NCBI GenBank assembly: GCA_041490825.1 | Contig: JBGPTW010000004.1 | Location: forward strand, 31,902-95,901 | Origin: Candidatus Methylomirabilia bacterium | Lineage (GTDB): Bacteria > Methylomirabilota > Methylomirabilia > Rokubacteriales > CSP1-6 | Direction: 5' to 3' | Length of the DNA stretch: 64,000 nt | Shown here: piece after piece, positions 37,750-47,169 of the stretch | Numbering within the stretch: the first letter of the stretch is position 1 | How the letters are laid out: every line of letters begins with the position of its first letter | Notes under the pieces: model-generated | The model's input: only the letters and a program-made list of their open reading frames with translations | Database searches by the model: none | What the model was told of the DNA's origin: nothing | Position numbers and translations under genes: made by a program

Positions 37750-38694
37750 TCAGTTGATCACGAGAGGGAATAGATCCTCGATCGCCTCATCGACCATCCC
37801 TTCGCGCAATCCCCAGTCGCTGACGATCAGACTTCTCGCGCCGAATTGCTGCATCGTCGCTTCGACGATGGCAACGCCCGGGATGATCAGATCGGCGCGT
37901 CCGGGTTCGAGGCACGGGAGCTCCGCCCGCTCGCTCAGGGTGAGCGCTGCCAGCCGAGCGAACTGGCGCGCCACCGCGGCGCGATGGAGACGGTGGCCCT
38001 GGACACGCGTGACATCGTAGCGGCTCAGGCCGAGATCGAGCGCCGCCAGCGTGGTGACCGTCCCCGCGGTGCCGACGAGGTGATCCGGGCGAGGTTCGAT
38101 CAGGCTGCGCGGAAGCTCACGCTCGAGCTGTGCCGCGACCTCGTCTGCCAGCGCACGGAAGCGCGCCGGATCCACCATGTCGGGAAACGGAAAACGCTCG
38201 GCCAGCGCGACGACGCCGAGGCGCAAGCTCACCGTCGTCATGGCGACTCCATCGCGCGCGAGCGTGTACTCGGTGCTGCCACCGCCGACATCGAACGTGA
38301 CCATCGCTCCGGGCAACCGTCCGAGTCCACGCAGGACACCCCGGACCGTCAACCGCGCCTCGTCTGCGCCCGAGATGACCTGAATGCGCTCGCCGCTCAC
38401 CGCTTCCACCGTCGCCACGAACGCCGGACCATTCGTGGCTTCACGGACCGCGCTCGTCGCCACGATCCGAACGACGCCCGCTCCGAGGCTCCGCGCGCGG
38501 CGCGCGTACTCGGCAACGACCGCGGCCGTGCGCTGCATCGGGATCTCGCCGAGCAGTCCCGAGCGTGACAGCCCTTCCCCCAGACGGGTCACCTGCTGGT
38601 CGGCGTGCACCGAGCGCCAGACGCGATCCGGATCCACATCCGTCACGAGGAGGCGGACGGTGTTGGTCCCGAGGTCGATGGTGGCCAGCCTCAT
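37750..38694 (-). CDS. Ppx/GppA-family phosphatase (exopolyphosphatase / pppGpp phosphohydrolase).
   Basis: ATIDLGTNTVRLLV and FDVGGGSTE, the actin-like ATPase motifs of Ppx/GppA. Confidence 0.85.
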   Translation of the reverse strand: MRLATIDLGTNTVRLLVTDVDPDRVWRSVHADQQVTRLGEGLSRSGLLGEIPMQRTAAVVAEYARRARSLGAGVVRIVATSAVREATNGPAFVATVEAVSGERIQVISGADEARLTVRGVLRGLGRLPGAMVTFDVGGGSTEYTLARDGVAMTTVSLRLGVVALAERFPFPDMVDPARFRALADEVAAQLERELPRSLIEPRPDHLVGTAGTVTTLAALDLGLSRYDVTRVQGHRLHRAAVARQFARLAALTLSERAELPCLEPGRADLIIPGVAIVEATMQQFGARSLIVSDWGLREGMVDEAIEDLFPLVIN

Positions 38695-38755
38695 GGAACG
38701 ATGCGAACGCCCCGCCGACTGATCGGCGAGGCGTCGCAGAGCGAGCCGGCGAACG

Positions 38756-39232
38756 CTACTTCTTGAAGGTGCGGAGGTAGTTCACGATATTCCAGCGCTC
38801 GTTCTCAGGAAGACTTTTCCACGGCGGCATCGCGCCCCGTCCGTTCGTGATCTTCCAGAAGAGTGTGCCATCGGTTTCCTTCTGCACCAGATCCGAGGTC
38901 CAGTCGGCCGGCTTCGGGTTGAGCGCCACCGCCGCCGGACCGTCACCCTTCCCGCTCGGTCCGTGGCACGGCGTGCAGTTCGTCTGCACGTCCGCCTTGG
39001 CCTTGTCGCTCACACCCTTCACGGGATTCTTCTTCGCCGCGTCGGCCGCGGGTGCCTTCCACTCGCCCTGTGCCCACACCATCGTCCCCGTTCCTGCCAG
39101 CGCCAGCATGCCGCCGGCGACGACCACCGCTACCGATCTTCGCAACGCTAGCATCGCGCCTCCTTCTCCCATCGATGACGGATTCACGACAAAAACGCGG
39201 CCATTAGACACTGGTGAGACGCAGGAGGTCAA
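38756..39232 (-). CDS. c-type cytochrome (mono-haem).
   Basis: Signal peptide, CTPCHG haem-binding motif, and a Met (MPPW) as candidate sixth ligand. Confidence 0.7.
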   Translation of the reverse strand: MTSCVSPVSNGRVFVVNPSSMGEGGAMLALRRSVAVVVAGGMLALAGTGTMVWAQGEWKAPAADAAKKNPVKGVSDKAKADVQTNCTPCHGPSGKGDGPAAVALNPKPADWTSDLVQKETDGTLFWKITNGRGAMPPWKSLPENERWNIVNYLRTFKK

Positions 39233-39253
39233 GCGCCTATTCGCCTGACGACC

Positions 39254-40678
39254 CTACTCGCGGCCGCGACCAAGCGCCCCGAGCATCTCGTCGACGCGCG
39301 TGAACTTCATCCGCGGCCGTCCCGCCCCGCGGCCTCGCGCCACCTCCAGCTCGTTCAACGTGAACCAGTCGGCGTACGAGACGTAAAGCGGATTCCGCTG
39401 GCGAATCATTCGCTCGGCGGCGGCGGCGTCCGGCGCTTCGGGCTGCAGCGTCCGGCCTTGCGCCAGGTCCTCCACCATGCACTCCACCGTTTCGAGCGCA
39501 TCCGGCTTGTTCGTGCCGATCACGCCGCTCGGCCCGCGCTTGATCCAGCCGCCGGTGTACTCACCGAGGCGCGGCTGGCGCGTGTCGGGATCGAGCACGC
39601 GTCCCTTTTCGTTCAGGATGACACCCCAGCTCTCGTTGAACGGCACGCCCGGGAGCGGCACACCGCGGTAGCCCACGGACCGGAAGACGAGCCCGATCGA
39701 CAATTCCTCGAACCGATCGGTCGGTTTCGGTTGAAGCGCGCCGGTCGGCGTCGCGTAGAGCTGGTTGCGCACGAGACGCATCCCCACGACCTTGCCGGCC
39801 TCGTCACCGAGCAGCTCTACAGGAGAAACCAGGAACCTCACCGTCAGGATCCGCGGCTTGCCCGTCGGCTGTCGGCGCGCATACGACTGGAGGATCTCGA
39901 CTTTCTTCATCGACGCCCGATCCTGCGTGCGCTCCAGCGCGGCCCGGCTCAGCTCGTCGAGCTCGGCCTCCTTGGGCGAGACCACGACGTCGGCTCCCGC
40001 CATTTCGCCGATCTCCTTGATCTCAGGATTCGTGAACGCCGCCTGCGCGGGGCCACGACGTCCGAGCAGGTACACCAGGCGAATACGACTCTTCGAGAGC
40101 GCCTCCAGCGCGTAGTCGGCGATGTCGGTGCCCGCAAGCTCCTCCGGCGTTCGGCACAGGATGCGCGCGACGTCGATCGCCACGTTGCCGACGCCGACCA
40201 CCGCGGCGCGCTCGACCGAGAGATCGAACTGGCAGTCGCGATAGTCGGGGTGGCCGTTGTACCACGCCACGAATTCGGTCGCCGGATGGCTGCCCCGCAG
40301 GTCTTCGCCGGGAATGCCCATGCGGCGGTCCGTCTGGGCGCCGGTCGCGTAGAAGATCTGATGGTAGTGCGCGCGCAAGTCGTCGACCGTCACGTCCTTC
40401 CCGAGCTCCACGTAGCCGAAGAACCGAAACCGGGGATTGGCGGCAATCTTGTCGAACGCCGCCGTCACAGCCTTGATCTTCTGATGATCGGGCGCGACCC
40501 CGCCGCGCACGAGGCCGTACGGAGTCGGCAGGCGATCGAACATGTCGATCTCCACCGTCAGCCCCGGACGGCGGAAGAGATGCTCGGCGGCGTAATAGCC
40601 CGTGGGCCCGGCGCCCACGATCGCCACCCGAAGTGGCCGGAGCGCCGAGCCCAGCGAGGCGTCTGCCGTGGCCATCAA
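39254..40678 (-). CDS. fprA: NADPH:adrenodoxin/ferredoxin oxidoreductase (FprA-type FAD-dependent reductase).
   Basis: VAIVGAGPTGYYAA FAD motif and GVGNVAIDVARIL NADP motif. Overall FprA-like. Confidence 0.8.
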   Translation of the reverse strand: MMATADASLGSALRPLRVAIVGAGPTGYYAAEHLFRRPGLTVEIDMFDRLPTPYGLVRGGVAPDHQKIKAVTAAFDKIAANPRFRFFGYVELGKDVTVDDLRAHYHQIFYATGAQTDRRMGIPGEDLRGSHPATEFVAWYNGHPDYRDCQFDLSVERAAVVGVGNVAIDVARILCRTPEELAGTDIADYALEALSKSRIRLVYLLGRRGPAQAAFTNPEIKEIGEMAGADVVVSPKEAELDELSRAALERTQDRASMKKVEILQSYARRQPTGKPRILTVRFLVSPVELLGDEAGKVVGMRLVRNQLYATPTGALQPKPTDRFEELSIGLVFRSVGYRGVPLPGVPFNESWGVILNEKGRVLDPDTRQPRLGEYTGGWIKRGPSGVIGTNKPDALETVECMVEDLAQGRTLQPEAPDAAAAERMIRQRNPLYVSYADWFTLNELEVARGRGAGRPRMKFTRVDEMLGALGRGRE

Positions 40679-41124
40679 AGCGTGGCGGTGCTGCCGGGCT
40701 CTTCGAGGAGCTGGATCTGCAGCGTGTCGACTTCGCCCTGATACTGATCGCGCTGCGCCTTCACGACGTCGCCGATGGACACAATGCCGACGAGCTTGCC
40801 GGCGTCGACGACCGGCAAGTGGCGGATGCGCTTCTCGGTCATCGTGATGCCGACGGAGATGAGATCGTCCTGCGGCCCGGCGACGATCATGTCGCGCGTC
40901 ATGATGCCGGTCACGGTCGCGGCAAAGAACCGCTCGTTGCGCGCCGCCTCGCGGACGATGTCGCGCTCGGACAGGATGCCAATCGGTCGGCCGGACTGGT
41001 CCACGACGACCAGGGCACCCACATTGTGCCGCGCGAGCGAGGCGAGCGCGTCGCGCAAACTCTGTTCAGGACGCGCCGTGAAGACGTCCATACCCTTCCT
41101 GGCGAGAATGGTCGCGATGTTCAT
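40675..41124 (-). CDS. CBS-domain pair protein.
   Basis: Two CBS motifs (GALVVVD, HLPVVD). Confidence 0.8.
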   Translation of the reverse strand: MNIATILARKGMDVFTARPEQSLRDALASLARHNVGALVVVDQSGRPIGILSERDIVREAARNERFFAATVTGIMTRDMIVAGPQDDLISVGITMTEKRIRHLPVVDAGKLVGIVSIGDVVKAQRDQYQGEVDTLQIQLLEEPGSTATL

Positions 41125-41190
41125 GTCGCTCCTCCTGGAATGACGCCCTTCTGACCGGACCTTCCTGGCGAACGAAGGCTTCCGACGATC

Positions 41191-42825
41191 TTAGCGCGAC
41201 TCGGCCTCCACGTCAGGCGCCACGGCACGCGAGGACAGACCGAGGCAGAGCGCCGCCAGAATGCCGTAGGCGCCGGCCAGGCGCGCCGACACCAGTGACG
41301 GCAGCGTCCACGGCCAGAACAGCGCGCCGCTCTCGAGCGGCGAGTGCACGAGACCGAACAACGTCGCCGCGCTCGCAATGGCAAACACCACCGCGGCGGC
41401 CGCCAGGCGGCGGTCGACGATCGCGGCCAGCGCGGATCCCCACAACACCGCGGTGAGGACGAAGCCGTTGCCGAGCACCCGAAGCGCCCCGACGATCGCG
41501 GCCGCCTCGCCAGTCAGCGCGCCCGCCGACGTGCCGGCTGCGGTCAGCACACTACCTACCTCGAGCAGGACCATGGCCGCGGCGACGGGAACGAACGTGA
41601 TCGCGACGGCGGCGCCGTGGCGTTGCGGCGACGCGAGGAACGCCTGCGCCGTGATCTCGAGCCCGATGAAGACCAGGATCGGCGCAACGGCCGCCTCCGG
41701 CAAGATGCGGACGAGCGCCGGCAGCACACCTGCCATAGCGCCGAGGCCGATCACGAGACCGGTCGCGAGCGTGTAACCCGAGCGGGCTCCCATCGCCTTG
41801 TAGGCGGGATGCCCGATGTACGGCGTGTTCTGGATGACGCCGCCGCAGAGTCCGGCCAGGATCGTGGCCCCCGCCTCGGTCAGCAGCACGTCGCGCGTTC
41901 GGTAGTGGTCGCCCGCCGCGCTCGCGCTCTCGGTGTTGTCGATGCCGCCGACGACCGTGACGAGCGCGAACGGGAGCGCGATCGACAGGTAACCGAGCGC
42001 GTGCGGTATCGCGTCCATCCAGACGAGCGTCGGCCACGGAATGGCGAACTGGACATGGCCCGCACCGGCAGCCACGGCCTCGCCGCCCCCGACCAGCCAC
42101 GCACGGCCCCAGAACACCGCGGTCCCGGCCAGGACGGCGGCGAAGGCTCCTGGAATGCCGAGTGGCATGCGGACCCGTCCGAAGAGCGCGAGAAAGAGCA
42201 CGCCGAGCGCGACGAGCCCGGTCATCGGATCGGCGAAGAGCTTCAGCGACGGCAGGAAGGCAATCAGGAAGATCGCCACACCACCGATCGAGCCGAGTAA
42301 CGCGGCGCGGGGCACGACGCGACGAACCCAGTCCCCGGCGAAGGCGAGCGCGGTCTTCACGACGCCGATCGCGATGGTGACCGCCATGGCAACCTTCCAG
42401 GCCAGAATCGGATCCCCGGTGGCCAGCATGACGGGGCCGAGCACACCGAAGACCATTGCGAACAGCGTCGGCGTGTCGATCCCGAATGGCATCGCGGTGA
42501 CGTCCGACCGGCCAGTGGCTCGCATCAGCCGGAGCGCGAGCCAGGTGTAGACGAGATCCCCGGCCAGGACGCCGATGGCCGTCCCCGGCAGCATCCGAAA
42601 GAGGACGAGGTCCGGCGGGAACTTGAAGACGCCGATCAGCAAACCGGAGAGGATGACGAGCTGGGTGGTGTTGTCGAGGGCGAGCCCGAGAAACCCGTTC
42701 AGGTCCCCCTGACTGATCCAGGACGGCGCTCGACGGCCCGAGCCTATCGTGCGGTCGCGCTCGGAGCGGCCAGAAGGTGTTCGCGCGCCGACTCCCGCGT
42801 CCGCTGCGCGAGCGCCATGCACCAC
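41191..42825 (-). CDS. NCS2-family (xanthine/uracil/AzgA-like) nucleobase permease. The start is uncertain and probably internal to the ORF.
   Basis: About 13 TM helices with Gly-rich helix pairs. The first ~40 codons of the ORF are Arg/Gly-rich and probably untranslated. Confidence 0.55.
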   Translation of the reverse strand: MVHGARAADAGVGARTPSGRSERDRTIGSGRRAPSWISQGDLNGFLGLALDNTTQLVILSGLLIGVFKFPPDLVLFRMLPGTAIGVLAGDLVYTWLALRLMRATGRSDVTAMPFGIDTPTLFAMVFGVLGPVMLATGDPILAWKVAMAVTIAIGVVKTALAFAGDWVRRVVPRAALLGSIGGVAIFLIAFLPSLKLFADPMTGLVALGVLFLALFGRVRMPLGIPGAFAAVLAGTAVFWGRAWLVGGGEAVAAGAGHVQFAIPWPTLVWMDAIPHALGYLSIALPFALVTVVGGIDNTESASAAGDHYRTRDVLLTEAGATILAGLCGGVIQNTPYIGHPAYKAMGARSGYTLATGLVIGLGAMAGVLPALVRILPEAAVAPILVFIGLEITAQAFLASPQRHGAAVAITFVPVAAAMVLLEVGSVLTAAGTSAGALTGEAAAIVGALRVLGNGFVLTAVLWGSALAAIVDRRLAAAAVVFAIASAATLFGLVHSPLESGALFWPWTLPSLVSARLAGAYGILAALCLGLSSRAVAPDVEAESR

Positions 42826-43043
42826 GCGTAATTCCCTCGGTTCGTGGCGACGTCCTGGAAGTCGAGCTCGATCAACGGGCTGAGATGCTCGCCGAGCTTC
42901 AGCCGCCCGCCAAACGACGTCCCGGCACGCTCGTCACTCGTGTCGAGCAGCACTTCGATCCGCGGATCTTCGCGCTTGGCGTGAGAGATCAGAAAGTTCT
43001 TGAGCCAGCGCGCGACGTCATCATAGCTGCCGCCGGAGAACAT
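42744..43043 (-). CDS. Small hypothetical protein. It overlaps the 5' region of the permease ORF and may be its true upstream neighbour.
   Basis: 99 aa, no recognisable motif. Plausible composition. Confidence 0.3.
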   Translation of the reverse strand: MFSGGSYDDVARWLKNFLISHAKREDPRIEVLLDTSDERAGTSFGGRLKLGEHLSPLIELDFQDVATNRGNYAWCMALAQRTRESAREHLLAAPSATAR

Positions 43044-43144
43044 CCCGGGATTCTAGCAGACCCGGCTACTCGCGACATCCGAGCGAGGGCTCGAGGGCTT
43101 CAGAGGAGGGAAACGGGGGGAGCGTCGCGCTCCCCCCGTTCTCT

Positions 43145-45433
43145 TTAACACTCGTTGAAGCCGCACGAGAGGCACTTCTTGCAGCCTTCCTCGTAAACGA
43201 ACGTCGCCTGGCCACACTCCTTGCAGAGATCGCCGATGCGCTTCGAAGCTGGTGCCGCCACCACGGCCAGCGGCTCGGTCGGCTTCACCTGGCCGATGTG
43301 CTCGGCCAACGTGCGTGCGATCGCATCCGGGAGAGACAGAATCTTCGATGGCCCGAAGCCCGTCGGCTGGCCACCGCCGATGCGGTTCAACTGACTGATG
43401 ACCTCTTCGAGCCGCCGCTGAGCCGACAGCGGCGAAGGTAGCCTGAGCGTGAGCGAAATCAGCCGGCCGAGCGCTTCGGCGACCGCCATGGTGTCCGATC
43501 CACCCTTGCCGACCTGGACGAACACCTCGAAGGGCTCGCCGTCCGTGGTCCGGTTCACGGTGATGAACGCGGTGCCGATCGGCGTCTCCATCCGGTACGT
43601 CGAGCCGGTGAGGCTGTGCGGCCGGGGCTTGATGATTGCCGGGCCCAGCGCGGGCACTGCTGCCGCCGGCTTCTCCTTGGCAATTCCGATGTTCAGGACT
43701 TGCTCGCCCTTGCACCCGTCACGGAACACGGTGATGCCGAGGCAGCCGAGCTCCCAGGCCAGACGATAGGCGTGGGCGACGTCTTCTTCGGTGGCGTCGT
43801 TCGGCAGATTGATCGTCTTCGACACGCCGTTGTCCGTGTAGCGCTGGAACGCCGCCTGGTGCCGCACGTGCCATTCGAACCCGATCTCGTGGGAGGTCTT
43901 GAAGACCTCGGCCGCGTTCTCGGGAACGCCGGGAATCCCGTGCAGCGCCCCTCGACGCGCGATCTCCTGCATGAGCGCATCGGAGAAAAAGCCCTTCTCC
44001 TTCGCGATCGCCTCGAACGTCTCGTTGACGAACGTCAGCACGCGCTCGCCGTCCGGCTGCTTCACACGGTGCTGGAAGGCCAGCGCGAAGATCGGCTCGA
44101 CACCGGACGAACACCCGGCGATCATCGAGATCGTCCCGGTCGGCGCGATCGTCGTCACCGTGGAGTTCCGCATCGGTCGGCCGTCTTTGTAGATCGAGTG
44201 GCTCCAGTTCGGGAACGGCCCGCGCTCCTCCGCCAGCTTGCCGCACTGGTCGTGCGACATCTCCTTGACGAAGGCCATGAGCTGCGAGGCGAGGTCGATG
44301 GCCTGCTGGCTGTCGTACGGAATGCCCATGATGAACAGCAGATCGGCCCACCCCATGATGCCCAGACCGATCCGCCGGTTCGCCTTCACAGTCTCGTTGA
44401 TCACCGGCAGCGGGTACGGGTTCATCTCGATGACGTCGTCGAGAAACCGGACGGCCAGCCGCACGACGCGCTCCATTTCGTCCCAATCGATCGACCACTC
44501 GCCGGCGGAGCCCCGCCGCGCAAACTTCGAAACGTTCAGGGAGCCGAGGTTGCACGCTTCGTTCGGCAGCAGCGGCTGCTCGCCGCAGGGATTGGTCGCC
44601 TCGATGACTCCGATCTCCGGCGTCGGATTGGCGGGGCTGGCGTTGATGCGATCGAGGAATACCATGCCGGGGTCGCCCGTCCGCCAGGCCGCCCGCACCA
44701 TGCGATCGAACACCTCCTGCGCTGACAGCCGCTTCACCACCGCCCCCGTATGGGGATTGATCAGGTCGTACTCCTCGCCCTTGGCCAGCGCGTCCATGAA
44801 CGCGTCCGTCGCGGCGACGGAGATGTTGAAGTTGGTGATGCCGCCGTCGAGCTTGCAGTCGATGAACTCGAGGATGTCGGGATGATCGACGCGCAGGATG
44901 CCCATGTTGGCGCCCCGGCGCGTCCCGCCCTGCTTCACGGCCTCGGTCGCGCTGTTGAACACCCTCAGGAACGACACCGGTCCGGAGGCGCGACCGCCGG
45001 TGGACGCGACGATGTCGTCCTTAGGCCGCAACCGCGAAAACGCGAAGCCCGTGCCGCCACCCGACTTGTGGATGATCGCGGCCGCCTTCACCGAGTCGAA
45101 GATCTCCTCCATGGAGTCGCCGACCGGCAGCACGTAGCACGCCGAGTACTGGAGCCCGTTTCCCTTGCCGGCGTTCATCAACGTCGGCGAGTTCGGGATG
45201 AAATAGCCGTCGACCATCATCTCGTAGAACGCGGTGGCGACTTCTCGAACCGCGGCGGGGCTGCGCCCGTAACGCGCCTCCGCTTCGGCGATGGATCCGG
45301 CGACACGCCAGCACATTTCCTCCGGCGTCTCGATCACTTCACCTCCCTGCCGCGCGAGGTAGCGCTCCCGGAGCACGCGCAGTGCCGGCTCGGTCCACTT
45401 GCCGACTTTCGATGGGCGGGTTTCAGACAGCAT
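43145..45433 (-). CDS. nrdJ: Class II (adenosylcobalamin-dependent) ribonucleotide reductase.
   Basis: Proposed start MLSETRPSK, preceded by the SD GGAAGGAGAAG. Active-site blocks and a C-terminal CxxC...CxxC zinc ribbon (CKECGQATFVYEEGCKKCLSCG). Confidence 0.9.
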   Translation of the reverse strand: MLSETRPSKVGKWTEPALRVLRERYLARQGGEVIETPEEMCWRVAGSIAEAEARYGRSPAAVREVATAFYEMMVDGYFIPNSPTLMNAGKGNGLQYSACYVLPVGDSMEEIFDSVKAAAIIHKSGGGTGFAFSRLRPKDDIVASTGGRASGPVSFLRVFNSATEAVKQGGTRRGANMGILRVDHPDILEFIDCKLDGGITNFNISVAATDAFMDALAKGEEYDLINPHTGAVVKRLSAQEVFDRMVRAAWRTGDPGMVFLDRINASPANPTPEIGVIEATNPCGEQPLLPNEACNLGSLNVSKFARRGSAGEWSIDWDEMERVVRLAVRFLDDVIEMNPYPLPVINETVKANRRIGLGIMGWADLLFIMGIPYDSQQAIDLASQLMAFVKEMSHDQCGKLAEERGPFPNWSHSIYKDGRPMRNSTVTTIAPTGTISMIAGCSSGVEPIFALAFQHRVKQPDGERVLTFVNETFEAIAKEKGFFSDALMQEIARRGALHGIPGVPENAAEVFKTSHEIGFEWHVRHQAAFQRYTDNGVSKTINLPNDATEEDVAHAYRLAWELGCLGITVFRDGCKGEQVLNIGIAKEKPAAAVPALGPAIIKPRPHSLTGSTYRMETPIGTAFITVNRTTDGEPFEVFVQVGKGGSDTMAVAEALGRLISLTLRLPSPLSAQRRLEEVISQLNRIGGGQPTGFGPSKILSLPDAIARTLAEHIGQVKPTEPLAVVAAPASKRIGDLCKECGQATFVYEEGCKKCLSCGFNEC

Positions 45434-45777
45434 CCCAGCTTCTCCTTCCCGACCGACCTTCTGAGCGAGGGGGGCCGGCATCCGCTATATCTTGTGGTAG
45501 CGGGGAGCCTACCACTCATGATCTAGCGTGTGTCAAGAAAAAACCAGTCCACGGTCCTCCACAGCGGTATCCACCGCCCATCCCCGATCGGGCTCGCGGC
45601 TCAGCCCCTTGAATGTCGCGGGGTTCCCTGTAAATTCCGGCGTGATCCACCGCGTCACACCTTGCACGTACTCGCCTCGGCCTGCATTTCGTCAACGAAT
45701 GATCGTGCTATCTTTCGACTGTCGTTGCCGCGTCCGGCCGCGACTGGCACGGGCATCCCTCGCACAAGGAGATCTTC

Positions 45778-47085
45778 ATGAGGACGGCTCTCGTCGCGCT
45801 GCTCCTGACCGTCGGTGCAGCAGTGCCCGCGGTGGCCCAGGCGCCCGCCGCGCCGCCATCGCCCACGGGGCACCCGCTGACGCTTCAGGAAGCCGTCGCC
45901 ATCGCGCTCGAGCGACAACCCAACATTCTCGCGGTGCTGAATGACTATGCGGCGGCCCGCTTTGTCGTCGATCAGGCGCTGGCGCCGCTCCTGCCGCAGT
46001 TCACCGGATCGATCAGCACGACGAGGAGCTCGCAAGCGGTCCTGCCGCAGTCATTGACCGCCACCGCACCCATCACGATTCAGCGCGACTTCAACCAGAC
46101 GCTCCTCGGGCAGGTCTCGGTCTCGCAGCTTCTCTTCGACTTCGGCCAGAACAAGGCGGCAACCGACGTCGCCCGGAAGAACGCGGCGGTGTCGCTGGAA
46201 AACGTGGAGCTCCAGCGCCAGCTCATCACATTCACCGTCAAGCAGGCCTTCACCCAGCTCAACTTCGCCAAACGGCTGTTCCAGGTGAACCAGCAGGCCC
46301 TGGAGCGGGCGGAGCTCAACCTGCGCTCGGCGCGTGGGTTCTTCGAAGTTGGCACCCAGCCGAAATCCGCGGTCACCCGCGCCGAAGTCGACGTCGCCAA
46401 CGCCGGGGTCGCCATCATCCAGGCGCGCAATGCGGAGCGCGTGGCGCGGGTCGCGTTGAACACCGCCATGGGCCTCACCGCTGACACGCCGACCGAGGTC
46501 ACCGACAACCTCGTCTACACGCCGGTGCAGTTCGATCCCGTGCAGCTCCAGGCCGACGCGCTTCGCCAGCGTCCCGAATACCTCCAGACGAAGCTACGCG
46601 CCGAAGCGGCCGAGGCGTTCGAGCGGCAAGCCTCCCGGAATTTCTTCCCGACGATCACGGGCTCGGCGACGTACGGCGGATTCCAGACCGATCTCCTGCC
46701 GGGCTGGAGCGCAAACCTCAACTTGACGTGGCCGTTCTTCGACGGCGGCGGGCGCCTCGCCGTCTACCGGCAGGCCAAGGCAAGTCTCGAAGCGGCGCGG
46801 GCGCGCGTGAGGGCGTCGGAGCTGGACATCTCACGTGACGTCGAACAATCGCGGCTCAACGTCACGGAAGCGAACGAGCGGATCCAGGCCAGCCTGAAAG
46901 CCGTCGAGTCAGCCCAGGAAAACTTCCGGCTCGCCCAGGGCCGGTTCGACGCCGGGGTGGGAACGATCCTGGAGCTCACCGATGCGCAGCTCGCCCTGAT
47001 CCAGTCGCAGAACACGGAAGCGCAGGCGCTCCAGGACTTCCAGATCGCGCTGGCTCAGCTCGACCGGGCCGTGGGCCGGCGGTAA
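45778..47085 (+). CDS. TolC-family outer membrane protein.
   Basis: Signal peptide MRTALVALLLTVGAAVPAVAQA. Two OEP repeats. Confidence 0.85.
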   Translation: MRTALVALLLTVGAAVPAVAQAPAAPPSPTGHPLTLQEAVAIALERQPNILAVLNDYAAARFVVDQALAPLLPQFTGSISTTRSSQAVLPQSLTATAPITIQRDFNQTLLGQVSVSQLLFDFGQNKAATDVARKNAAVSLENVELQRQLITFTVKQAFTQLNFAKRLFQVNQQALERAELNLRSARGFFEVGTQPKSAVTRAEVDVANAGVAIIQARNAERVARVALNTAMGLTADTPTEVTDNLVYTPVQFDPVQLQADALRQRPEYLQTKLRAEAAEAFERQASRNFFPTITGSATYGGFQTDLLPGWSANLNLTWPFFDGGGRLAVYRQAKASLEAARARVRASELDISRDVEQSRLNVTEANERIQASLKAVESAQENFRLAQGRFDAGVGTILELTDAQLALIQSQNTEAQALQDFQIALAQLDRAVGRR

Positions 47086-47169
47086 CCGAGGGGTCGCCGA
47101 CCCGCGGTGTCGGTACGTCGCGATAAATACTCCGGCAGTGACCGGCGTCAAAGGAGTATCCGAAGCACC

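Noticed and set aside
37575-37750. Searched the HNH/uvrB upstream region for LexA/SOS boxes (CTGT-N8-ACAG, GAAC-N4-GTTC and other known types).
   Set aside because: No convincing palindrome of either type was found. Regulation unknown.
45482-45780. Possible cobalamin riboswitch upstream of nrdJ.
   Set aside because: No B12-box-like conserved core or multi-stem architecture is visible, only a single hairpin. Class II RNR genes are more typically NrdR-regulated.
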